Shown piece after piece: positions 46,567 through 54,711 of a stretch of DNA of 64,000 nucleotides. The position numbers were made by a program, and so were the translations under genes. Position 1 is the stretch's first letter, and the number at the start of each line of letters is the position of its first letter. The notes beneath the pieces are model-generated. The model did not search any database and had not been told where the DNA came from. It was given only the letters and a program-made list of their open reading frames with translations. The DNA is from Clostridia bacterium (GTDB lineage Bacteria > Bacillota > Clostridia > UBA1381). The stretch covers positions 40,802 to 104,801 of the forward strand of contig JAFSXU010000053.1 in the NCBI GenBank assembly GCA_017443895.1, written 5' to 3'.

Positions 46567-47229
46567 TTATTTCTTTACCGAAATTGTTACTCCGTCGCCA
46601 AGCGGAAGGAGTGAGGTTTTAAGCTCCGGTGCGTTTGTAAGTGCCGTAATGTAATCACGGAGCCGTGATACAATCGTTTCCTTGCGCTTTATGATATGCT
46701 CATCATCTGCCGTCATTCCCTTATACAGCACATTGTCAGAGATTAACACACCGCCTTTTTTTAAAAGCCTTATGCAATCATCGAGCATATAATAATAATG
46801 CCCCTTTGGTCCGTCTAAGAAAATCATATCAAAGCTCTCATCATCGGATAAAAACGAAAGGTAATCCTTTGCATCCGCCTCGCAAACCGTTATTCTTTCA
46901 TCCAATCCTGCAAGGTGTATATTCTCCCTTGCAACAGGTATTATATCACTGTTATATTCAAGGCTGAGAATATGCGCGCTCTTGCCTGCCCTTGCCATAA
47001 TGATTGACGAATACCCTATTGCCGTACCTATTTCAAGTACGGATTTTGGGTTTATAATTGATGTCATAACCGACAAAAAGCTTGCCGTTTCAGGCTCTGC
47101 AATGGGGATATGGTTTTCCCTTGCATACTCCTCCATAGAATGGAGAAGCTCATCATTATGCGTTTGATTATCCCTTAGCCATTTCGTTATATAATCGGGA
47201 ACTATTGCATTTTTATCATATTCTATCAC
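46567..47229 (-). CDS. trmR: class I O-methyltransferase (YrrM/TrmR-like, tRNA 5-hydroxyuridine methyltransferase type)
   Basis: Methyltransf_3 pattern (LEIGTAIGYSS, IFLDGPK). It follows mltG, as yrrM follows yrrL in Bacillus subtilis. Confidence 0.65.
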   Translation of the reverse strand: MIEYDKNAIVPDYITKWLRDNQTHNDELLHSMEEYARENHIPIAEPETASFLSVMTSIINPKSVLEIGTAIGYSSIIMARAGKSAHILSLEYNSDIIPVARENIHLAGLDERITVCEADAKDYLSFLSDDESFDMIFLDGPKGHYYYMLDDCIRLLKKGGVLISDNVLYKGMTADDEHIIKRKETIVSRLRDYITALTNAPELKTSLLPLGDGVTISVKK

Positions 47230-48323
47230 TGTGTCGCTCCTGTATTTTGCATACTGTCCTGATTTTCGATTGCGGTTTTATCCACGCTTATTGTCGGATC
47301 GTTTTCCTGCATCGCCTTAATGTGTTCATCATATGTTTTTGAGAAAATATGCTGACCGTTATTCCCCTGAACAAAATAATACGCATCTGTATCTTCGGGG
47401 TATAATGCCGCCTCAATACAAGCAATGCCCGGACAGCATATAGGGCCTAACGGGAAGCCTGCATATTTATATGTATTATACGGCGAATCAATCTGTGTAT
47501 CGGCAATAGCCAAAACTGGCTTTCTCTCACCAAGCACATACTGCACCGTTGCGCACGACTGCAATTTCATACCCGACCTTAATCTGTTATAAAACACGCC
47601 TGCAACCTTTGCACGCTCTGCGTCCGAGTCCGTTTCACGCTCGATAATTGACGCCATTGTTATAATTTCATCAACGCTCATGCCCATCTCTTCTGCTCTT
47701 TTATAATACTCGTCCTTAAACTGGTTGTTAAAAGCGCTAAGCATTAAATCAATTATGTCATGCTCTTCCATACCCTCTGGTATCTCATATGTTGCAGGGA
47801 ACAAATATCCCTCCATTTTATTTTCACGCTCGGGTAGGTTTTCCAAAAATCTGTATCCGTATTCGTCATTGTTAAGAGCGGCATAAAAATCGTTCCAATC
47901 GGCAATACCTGCCTCACATAAGGTTTCGGCGATCTGCCTTACCTCATAGCCCTCGGGAATAATAATCTTTGTTGCGGCACGGTTTGGAGTTATTAAAAGC
48001 TCCAAAATATCCTTGTATGACATTCCGTTCTCAATTTTTAAATTTCCGGGCTGAACATTGCCGTCATATCCGCCAAGCTTTGATATTATGCGGAATACAA
48101 CAGGATTTTTTACAATCCCCTCGTTATTGAGTATCCGTGCCACCTCCGATACTCCCTCGCCGTCAGATATTGTAATGGTCTTTTCCCCGTCTGCCATGCT
48201 TACCGAGGCAGAATCCTTTAACACTATTGCTCCAAATGCCACTATTGCAACAAGGCATATAACTACAAGCACAGCTATAACTCTGCCCTTACCCAATTTG
48301 CTTTCCTTTATCGTAACCGCCAT
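47226..48323 (-). CDS. mltG: endolytic murein transglycosylase MltG (YceG-like)
   Basis: N-terminal TM helix. YceG motifs ASIIERE, LQSCATVQY, SPYNTY and PLGPICCPG. Confidence 0.92.
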   Translation of the reverse strand: MAVTIKESKLGKGRVIAVLVVICLVAIVAFGAIVLKDSASVSMADGEKTITISDGEGVSEVARILNNEGIVKNPVVFRIISKLGGYDGNVQPGNLKIENGMSYKDILELLITPNRAATKIIIPEGYEVRQIAETLCEAGIADWNDFYAALNNDEYGYRFLENLPERENKMEGYLFPATYEIPEGMEEHDIIDLMLSAFNNQFKDEYYKRAEEMGMSVDEIITMASIIERETDSDAERAKVAGVFYNRLRSGMKLQSCATVQYVLGERKPVLAIADTQIDSPYNTYKYAGFPLGPICCPGIACIEAALYPEDTDAYYFVQGNNGQHIFSKTYDEHIKAMQENDPTISVDKTAIENQDSMQNTGATQ

Positions 48324-48467
48324 TTTGGTTAGTCCTCCTTAAAAATATGTCAAATAATTGTACCTACACATTTTCAGGGTATATTGTATACTAAATTATA
48401 TAAATCGTCAAGTTTATACATTATTTTGTAATATTTTTGCTTTAAATCGGTAAAGCATAAAATTTTA

Positions 48468-48496
48468 TTGCATTTGGATAATGGATGTGTTATAAT
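48468..48496 (+). promoter_or_regulatory. near-consensus sigma-A promoter (TTGCAT-17-TATAAT), divergent from mltG, with no ORF downstream
   Basis: TTGCATttggataatggatgtgtTATAAT. Confidence 0.6.
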
Positions 48497-48502
48497 GGTT
48501 TT

Positions 48503-48698
48503 GCCAAACTAATTGAATATTTTTAACAAGGACTTTTTTTTGCTATTTTTAAAAAAGTTTTATTGCCGTAGAACAATTTGCTAAAACTGCAAATCCTAAC
48601 GGCAATAGAACAATTCTATATCCTTGTTAATCGATTAGTTTGGCGACTATCGGGGTTTGCGTTTTGATGCGTCGGCTCCGGTTGGCGCATTTTTTATT
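48503..48698 (+). ncRNA. candidate ~195-nt structured sRNA (long bulged hairpin plus intrinsic terminator; 6S-like shape, identity unknown)
   Basis: Hand fold: 48503-16 pairs with 48631-44, 48523-32 with 48621-30, 48561-69 with 48599-607, and 48576-81 with 48589-94. Terminator 48667-76/48681-90 followed by a T-run. Confidence 0.5.
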
Positions 48699-48876
48699 TG
48701 CAAGTAAAGCGGTAAGGAGGTTTTTATTGGATTTGGCAGGTAAAAAAGCGTAAAAATGCTGTGGTTTTGGATAATAAAAACTTACTTGAAATTTAAACAG
48801 AAAAATACTATGAATATTCGTATTACGAATAAATTAAAAAATCCAAAATTCGGTATATCCGATTATTCGCCAAATG

Positions 48877-48950
48877 ATTTTAACAAAAAAACACAGCCCT
48901 GCACACCGTTTTATGCAGGGCTGTTTTATTTAGCTTATAAATTCTTGCGA
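48877..48950. repeat. 74-bp direct repeat, copy A (bidirectional terminator hairpin plus a relic of the last 6 codons and stop of the CAP-domain gene)
   Basis: About 90% identical to 49814-49887. Hairpin ACAGCCCTGCA/TGCAGGGCTGT. Confidence 0.85.
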
Positions 48951-48996
48951 TGTTTAACAATAGCTGATTATCACAAATCTTTTTACCGAAAATTTA

Positions 48997-49025
48997 TTGA
49001 CATATTTTATAGTTTTTAGTATAAT
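48997..49025 (+). promoter_or_regulatory. consensus sigma-A promoter (TTGACA-17-TATAAT) of the cassette
   Basis: TTGACAtattttatagtttttagTATAAT. Confidence 0.65.
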
Positions 49026-49031
49026 AATATT

Positions 49032-49212
49032 AGCAACAGGCAACAGGTGTGTCTGTTAAAGCGGTGAAGCGAAAGGCTGTGTCAGCAATCAGTGTTTTGC
49101 GGAGCTTCGGGCGGGTTGTATGTGTAAACCGCAAGCTGACTTTATGCACACAGGATGTGCAGACAGAAAACATTCAAAGCTCTGCCTTTTTTCGAGGCAG
49201 AGCTTTTCTTAT
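49032..49212 (+). ncRNA. ~180-nt structured leader or independent RNA ending in a strong intrinsic terminator, directly upstream of the PBECR4-like gene
   Basis: Nested helices by hand: 49050-55/49160-65, 49077-86/49135-40 plus 49150-53, and 49097-102/49129-34. Terminator AAAGCTCTGCC/GGCAGAGCTTT at 49176-49206. Confidence 0.5.
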
Positions 49213-49232
49213 GTATGCAAACGGAGGAAAGT

Positions 49233-49814
49233 ATGGACAAGCTACAACAGAGAGCTTTTTTATTCAAAAGGCTATTGGACTATGAATATAAAATTATATT
49301 AGGAAGAAAAGGCAAAAAGACGGAATTTGTTATAACCTTTGAAAAATCCGATTTTCCGCACATTATAGGATTACACAAGCTGACAGATGTATTAAACGGC
49401 AATATCTCTACCGAAAAGCTGTTTGATCAATGTTTGAAAGGTAAGGTTTCTTATGACTTAATTTCACAAAGTGAATTTTTCCCAAAACTCGGAAACAGAT
49501 TTGAATATTTCGACAAACTTGAAACAATGCTCGACAGCAACGATATAATATTCAAATGCAACAATAAGAATATGGCTGCATTTTCAAAAATAATTGCAGA
49601 TTTTGAGCTGAAAAATATATATGAAGAACTCATTTTTTACTTGTTTATCGAAAAAAGAAATTATTCCGATAAACAATACTGTAAATCTTTTATACAAGAA
49701 AACAAAATAGATTATACATACGGTCAAACAAAAATGACCTTGCTTTACAAAGAAAAAATAAATAAAGTAACAGGCAAATCCCAAATTCAGTATAACCGCC
49801 TATCCAGAAAATAA
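49233..49814 (+). CDS. stand-alone PBECR4-like (barnase/EndoU/colicin-E5/RelE-fold) putative RNase, 193 aa
   Basis: GGAGG RBS then ATG at 49233. MDKLQQRAFLFKRLLDYEYKIILGRKGKKTEFVITFEKSDFPHIIGLHKLTD... This resembles PBECR4 members as I remember them; not verified by an HMM search. Confidence 0.45.
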   Translation: MDKLQQRAFLFKRLLDYEYKIILGRKGKKTEFVITFEKSDFPHIIGLHKLTDVLNGNISTEKLFDQCLKGKVSYDLISQSEFFPKLGNRFEYFDKLETMLDSNDIIFKCNNKNMAAFSKIIADFELKNIYEELIFYLFIEKRNYSDKQYCKSFIQENKIDYTYGQTKMTLLYKEKINKVTGKSQIQYNRLSRK

Positions 49815-49887
49815 TTTTAACAAAAAAGCTACAGCCCTGCACACCATATATGCAAGGCTGTTTTATTTAGCTTATAAATTCTTGCGA
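49814..49887. repeat. 74-bp direct repeat, copy B (functional terminator plus the true 3' end of the CAP-domain gene)
   Basis: See copy A. The two copies are offset by exactly 937 bp. Confidence 0.85.
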
Positions 49888-50631
49888 CCAGTAATATGTG
49901 CTTCCCGACTTATAACAGCCTACACCTATTTTTGTGAAATTGCCATTCAGGATATTCGCCCTATGTCCCTCGGAATTCATCCATGCTGTTACAACAGCTT
50001 GCGGCGTTCTTTGTCCGTATGCAATATTTTCACCTGCTGATCTGTAGTTTATTCCGTACTCTTTTAAAACCGTAAAGCAACTTGTGCCGTTTGGTCTGGT
50101 ATGCGAAAAGCTTGTTTTTATCTCCTTTGCTCTTGCATATGACGCTCTCATAAGCGTTGTATCGACCTGTAAATTACCCAAACCGTATTTTGCACGCTCC
50201 TTATTTACCAAATCCACAACCTCTAAGGCATATTTATCCTCCTCGGATGCGGTTTGCGCCTGTGGAGTAGGTGTCACGATTGGTTTTTGTGTAACCTGTG
50301 GCGTTACGGTTACCTGTGGCGTTGCCGTTACCTGTGGCTTTGGTGTTGCCTGTGGTTTTTGTGTCGTCTGAGGTGTTACGGTTACCTCAGTATTATTCTG
50401 TTCCTCCTTTTGATTACATGTATCGGTATCACAAATATTATCAATATGTATACCCATCTGCTCCAATATGTCACAGAGCGAATTTACATCTAACTGTCGG
50501 CAACTCTGTGTTTTTTGGTTTAGCAAATTGAATATATTTGTGCAATCAATACTTCCGTTTTGATTAGCGACACCCGCACTGCCACAACACGCAACAGCCG
50601 TTGCCACTACCCATGACGGGATTATAGCCAT
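49867..50631 (-). CDS. CAP/SCP/PR1-like (YkwD-type) domain protein with Cys-rich N-terminus and xTxxPQ hexapeptide linker
   Basis: C-terminal CAP domain (VNKERAKYGL..., NIAYGQ, WMNSEGHRANIL, GVGCY). Confidence 0.8.
   Translation of the reverse strand: MAIIPSWVVATAVACCGSAGVANQNGSIDCTNIFNLLNQKTQSCRQLDVNSLCDILEQMGIHIDNICDTDTCNQKEEQNNTEVTVTPQTTQKPQATPKPQVTATPQVTVTPQVTQKPIVTPTPQAQTASEEDKYALEVVDLVNKERAKYGLGNLQVDTTLMRASYARAKEIKTSFSHTRPNGTSCFTVLKEYGINYRSAGENIAYGQRTPQAVVTAWMNSEGHRANILNGNFTKIGVGCYKSGSTYYWSQEFIS
50253..50390. repeat. ~7 tandem 18-bp units inside the CAP gene encoding (V/A)T(V/A/Q)(T/K)PQ repeats
   Basis: GTTACCTGTGGCGTTRCN-like units, read directly from the sequence. Confidence 0.8.
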
Positions 50632-50925
50632 TATGTGTACTCCTTTCTTTTTTTTGCAAGCGGTTACCTTACTTGCACGAGCATAATAGCATATTAAAAT
50701 TGCTATTTCAATGGTAATGCTTACCTCTAAAATCGGCGTTTCATAAATATTTACAAGGCAGGCTTTGGCACTTTAGGCTATAGCTTAAATCTGTGATGTT
50801 TTTGGCGCTTTGTTTTTACAGAAATTACATATTTATAAATTCATCCAAACTTAGTTTTTGGACTTGAAAAAAAGGATATAATACTGTAAAATATATACAT
50901 CAGATATTTTACGGAGGCTGTAATT

Positions 50926-52515
50926 ATGAATGCAAAGGATATAATAAGCGCAGGAAAAGCGGTATTGGGTATTGAGTTTGGCTCAACAAGAATTAAGGCA
51001 GTTCTTATTGACGATACATATGCACCTATCGCACAGGGCGCACACGACTGGGAAAACAGACTGGAAAACGGGATTTGGACATACTCGCTTTCAGATATAA
51101 CCTTGGGACTTCAGGACTGCTACAGGAGTTTAGCCGAAGATGTCAGAGAAAAATACGGCATAACCTTAACAAAGCTTGCAGGTATCGGCTTTTCGGCTAT
51201 GATGCACGGATATATGGCATTTGACAAAAACGGCGAGCTTTTGGTACCGTTTCGGACTTGGCGAAACTCAATAACTGGAGACGCTGCAAAGGAGCTTACA
51301 GCATTATTTAATTATAACATTCCCCAGCGTTGGAGCATTGCGCACCTATACCAGGCAATGCTAAATAAAGAGGAGCATTTAAGCAATTTGGATTTCTTTA
51401 CCACGCTTGACGGCTTTATTCATTGGAAGCTCACAGGAAACAAAGTTTTAGGTATAGGCGAAGCATCGGGCATGTTCCCTATTGATATTGAAACAAAAAA
51501 TTATGATGCCGATATGATAGCAAAATTTGATGCGCTTTCAAAATCACACGGCTATGATATAAAGCTCGGTGACATTTTACCGAAAGTATTACTTGCAGGC
51601 GATAGTGCAGGAGCTTTAACAAAAGAGGGCGCACTGTTTATTGATCCCACAGGCACATTAGAGGCAGGTATTCCACTCTGTCCGCCCGAGGGTGATGCGG
51701 GAACGGGCATGGTTGCTACAAACTCGGTTCGGGAGCGTACGGGAAATATAAGCGCAGGAACATCAATATTTGCAATGGTTGTTCTTGAAAAGGCTTTAAA
51801 AAATGTATACCCTGAAATTGACCTTGTTACAACACCGACAGGCTCATTGGTTGCAATGGTGCATTGTAACAACTGTACATCGGAGATAAACGCATGGGTA
51901 AATATGTTAAAGGAGTTTTCAACTGCCGCAGGCTTTGATATTCCTACATCAAAATTCTACGAGATAATGTTTAACGAGGCACTCTCAGGCGATACGGACT
52001 GTGGCGGATTGCTCCTTTATAACTACTTATCGGGCGAGAATGTAACAGGCCTTGACGAGGGCAGACCTCTGTTTGTAAGACGGCCTGATAGCAAGTTTAA
52101 TTTCAAGAACTTTGCAAGGGTTAATATTTATTCTGCGCTTGCATCACTAAAGGTCGGACTTGATATTCTTAACGAAAACGAGGATATTAAAATTGATAAG
52201 ATGTTTGCACACGGCGGTTTATACAAGACCCCTGTTGTAGGTCAGAAATTATCCGCCGCCGCAATAAATGCACCCGTATCCGTAATGTCAACCGCAGGCG
52301 AGGGCGGTGCATGGGGTATGGCACTTCTGTGTGCGTACATGCTTGACAAAGAAGCTGACGAGAACCTTGAGGATTTCCTTTTAAACAAGGTGTTTAAGGG
52401 TGACGAGGGTACTTTAATTGAGCCTGACAAAGACGAGGTCGCAGGCTTTAACGAGTTTATAAAGACCTACAAAAAAGGTCTTGAAATAGAAAAATCAGCA
52501 GTTTTAAATATGTAA
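50926..52515 (+). CDS. FGGY-family carbohydrate kinase (xylulokinase/ribulokinase-like)
   Basis: GIEFGSTRIKAVLID phosphate-1 motif and an FGGY C-terminal domain (HGGLYKT). Substrate unknown. Confidence 0.8.
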   Translation: MNAKDIISAGKAVLGIEFGSTRIKAVLIDDTYAPIAQGAHDWENRLENGIWTYSLSDITLGLQDCYRSLAEDVREKYGITLTKLAGIGFSAMMHGYMAFDKNGELLVPFRTWRNSITGDAAKELTALFNYNIPQRWSIAHLYQAMLNKEEHLSNLDFFTTLDGFIHWKLTGNKVLGIGEASGMFPIDIETKNYDADMIAKFDALSKSHGYDIKLGDILPKVLLAGDSAGALTKEGALFIDPTGTLEAGIPLCPPEGDAGTGMVATNSVRERTGNISAGTSIFAMVVLEKALKNVYPEIDLVTTPTGSLVAMVHCNNCTSEINAWVNMLKEFSTAAGFDIPTSKFYEIMFNEALSGDTDCGGLLLYNYLSGENVTGLDEGRPLFVRRPDSKFNFKNFARVNIYSALASLKVGLDILNENEDIKIDKMFAHGGLYKTPVVGQKLSAAAINAPVSVMSTAGEGGAWGMALLCAYMLDKEADENLEDFLLNKVFKGDEGTLIEPDKDEVAGFNEFIKTYKKGLEIEKSAVLNM

Positions 52516-52517
52516 TA

Positions 52518-52889
52518 ATGAAAAATAAAGTATTTATTATTATCTTTGCGACTGTACTGGCTATAACCGGTACAGTTTCATTGTATATTATGCACCGGCA
52601 CACGCCCCAGAGCATTGTGCTTGTAAAATCGGATAACAAAATTATAAGGCGCATTGATTTGGCGGCTGTTACATCACCGTATGAGTTTGATGTCAAATCG
52701 GATTATGGCTATAATACCGTGTATGTATCGCATAATTCCATAAAAATTATTGATGCGGACTGCCCTGATAAGATATGTATATCTCACGGTGAATTAAAGA
52801 GCAACTATTCGCCCATTGTGTGTTTGCCGCACAAGCTCACAATTATTTATGATGATGGCAATACCGATATTGATGTAATAGCAAATTAG
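52518..52889 (+). CDS. NusG domain II-containing membrane-anchored protein (DUF1312)
   Basis: TM anchor plus ...IIDADCPDKICISHGEL...IVCLPHKL. Confidence 0.8.
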   Translation: MKNKVFIIIFATVLAITGTVSLYIMHRHTPQSIVLVKSDNKIIRRIDLAAVTSPYEFDVKSDYGYNTVYVSHNSIKIIDADCPDKICISHGELKSNYSPIVCLPHKLTIIYDDGNTDIDVIAN

Positions 52890-52900
52890 GAGATGGTTTT

Positions 52901-53422
52901 ATGAATTCAAAAAAGCTTGTATTTATGGCGATACTTCTTTCTTTATCACTTGTTATATACATCATTGAGGCACAAATTCCTCCGCTTGTTCCGATACCGG
53001 GCTTTAAAATAGGACTTTCAAACAGTATAACGCTTTTTGCGCTTGCCACATTGAAAAAGCGCGATGCGCTTATTATTCTTGTACTTAGAATTATAACAGC
53101 ATCGGTATTTTCGGGCGGTATGAGTGCGTTTTTATACAGTATTTCGGGCGGTATGCTGTGCTTTATAGTTGAGGCTTTAATAATTAACCTATTTACGGAA
53201 AAACAGCTCTGGATTGTAAGTATTTTCGGTGCAATATCGCATAACATCGGACAGGTTTTAGTTGCGGTTTTGATAACCAAAACGCCGTATATTGCGTGGT
53301 ACATTGTGCCTTTGACGGCAATTTCTGTTATTACGGGCCTGTTTATCGGAATACTTACAACTATGCTTTTATTACATTCAAACGGAATTTTGAAAAAATC
53401 AGTAAAGGATATTAACACATGA
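52901..53422 (+). CDS. Gx transporter family protein (heptaprenyl-diphosphate-synthase component I-like)
   Basis: IIEAQIPPLVPIPGFKIGLSNSITLFAL motif; 5 TM helices. Confidence 0.8.
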   Translation: MNSKKLVFMAILLSLSLVIYIIEAQIPPLVPIPGFKIGLSNSITLFALATLKKRDALIILVLRIITASVFSGGMSAFLYSISGGMLCFIVEALIINLFTEKQLWIVSIFGAISHNIGQVLVAVLITKTPYIAWYIVPLTAISVITGLFIGILTTMLLLHSNGILKKSVKDINT

Positions 53423-54411
53423 AAAAATTACTGTTACCTATAATATTTGTACTTTTTTTAAGCTCCTGTTCCCTGCCGCAAAAAGACGACGGCAAGGTTA
53501 CAACAGATTTTTATGCAATGGACACACCAATGATACTTACCGCATACGGAAATACTGCAAGCATTGCAATTAAGGAAATCAAATCGGAAATCCTTGAGCT
53601 TGACAAAAAATTTAACCGAAAAAGCGAGGACAGCGAGCTTTATAAGTTTAATATTAACGGCAGAGTTAAGGTGTCGGATGATTTAATAGATATAGTTTCA
53701 AAATCGAAGGAAATTTCAGATGCCACAGACGGTGCATTTGATATAACGGTGTCCTCGATTATGGATTTATGGGGATTTTACGATCAGAATTATACCGTGC
53801 CCGATGATAAGGATATACAGGAAAAGCTAAAAAAGGTTGGGTATAAGCATATCACAATTGACGGCGATTTACTTACTGCAATTACAATGCTTGACCTTGG
53901 CGGAATTGCAAAGGGTTATGCCTCGGACAAGGCTATGGAAATACTCCAAAAAACAGGTGTTTCATCTGCCATACTGTCGCTTGGCGGAAATATCTTAGCA
54001 TACGGCAAAAGGAGTGACGGAAGTAACTGGTCGGTTGGAATTGAGGACCCGATACAGACCGATAAGGTAATTGCAACACTTGATATATCCGATAAGTTTG
54101 TTGTTACATCAGGGACTTATCAGCGATTTTTTACGGAAAACGGCGTTTTATATCATCATATAATTGATCCTAAAACAGGCTACCCTGCGGATAATAACCT
54201 TACATCGGTATCTGTAATTTCAGATAGCGGAACAGTTGCCGACGGGCTTTCAACAGGCTTGTTTGTAATGGGACTTGATAAGGCGCGCGAATTTTTAAAG
54301 GCGCACCCGCAAATTGATGCGGTATTTATTGATAATGATAACACGCTTTACTATACGCCAAGCCTTGACGGTATATTAAAAACCGATGCAAATAAAGTAC
54401 CGCTGTTTTAA
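53419..54411 (+). CDS. apbE: FAD:protein FMN transferase (ApbE family lipoprotein)
   Basis: Lipobox LSSC|S. Motifs AMDTPM, AFDITV, DLGGIAKGYA, HHIIDPKTGYP. Confidence 0.9.
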   Translation: MKKLLLPIIFVLFLSSCSLPQKDDGKVTTDFYAMDTPMILTAYGNTASIAIKEIKSEILELDKKFNRKSEDSELYKFNINGRVKVSDDLIDIVSKSKEISDATDGAFDITVSSIMDLWGFYDQNYTVPDDKDIQEKLKKVGYKHITIDGDLLTAITMLDLGGIAKGYASDKAMEILQKTGVSSAILSLGGNILAYGKRSDGSNWSVGIEDPIQTDKVIATLDISDKFVVTSGTYQRFFTENGVLYHHIIDPKTGYPADNNLTSVSVISDSGTVADGLSTGLFVMGLDKAREFLKAHPQIDAVFIDNDNTLYYTPSLDGILKTDANKVPLF

Positions 54412-54419
54412 GGACTGCT

Positions 54420-54632
54420 ATGAAAAACGATTTTGAAAATTTTGGAAATAATTTAAAACTTATACGCAAAAGCCGTGGAATGACAAAGGCGGAGCTTGCA
54501 AAGGAATTGGGCGTGGGCGTTGCCACAATTACAAACTATGAAGCAAACAGGCGCACTCCCTCCCTTGCCACCGTTTCAAAAATTGCCACCGCCTTAGATA
54601 CAACAATGAATATGCTTATACACGGTTATTAA
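54420..54632 (+). CDS. XRE-family helix-turn-helix protein (70 aa)
   Basis: LKLIRKSRGMTKAELAKELGVGVATITNYEANRRTPSLATVSKIATAL. Confidence 0.85.
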   Translation: MKNDFENFGNNLKLIRKSRGMTKAELAKELGVGVATITNYEANRRTPSLATVSKIATALDTTMNMLIHGY

Positions 54633-54646
54633 ATATCAGGAATAGC

Positions 54647-54681
54647 AAAACGCAGAAGCATTTTGGCTTCTGCGTTTTTAA
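54647..54681. terminator. bidirectional terminator
   Basis: Perfect 13-bp stem AAAACGCAGAAGC/GCTTCTGCGTTTT. Confidence 0.8.
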
Positions 54682-54711
54682 TTTAACTGTTTAGTTTTTC
54701 TTAATATCTGC

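Noticed and set aside
48503-48698. Retron msr/msd or integron attC interpretation of the long inverted-repeat RNA.
   Set aside because: There is no reverse transcriptase or integrase gene anywhere in the window. The repeat ends do not fit the attC RYYYAAC/GTTRRRY cores.
48727-48753. 8-codon micro-ORF (TTG GAT TTG GCA GGT AAA AAA GCG TAA) preceded by a perfect AAGGAGG, just after the sRNA terminator.
   Set aside because: The RBS is striking. However, the start is TTG, the peptide is 8 aa, and there is no downstream gene to regulate. I cannot support it as a feature without ribosome-profiling data.
48756-49019. 87-aa ORF in the mltG / PBECR4-like intergenic region.
   Set aside because: It has no RBS. 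It runs straight through a terminator hairpin, the 74-bp repeat and the cassette promoter. Its Lys/Phe-rich composition reflects AT-rich non-coding DNA.
49120-49302. Alternative reading frames over the structured RNA: the 60-aa ORF at 49120, the 78-aa ORF at 49049, and the 219-aa extension starting at 49155.
   Set aside because: None has an RBS, and all cross the strong terminator at 49176-49206. The ATG at 49233 has a GGAGG at ideal spacing and begins the conserved-looking domain.
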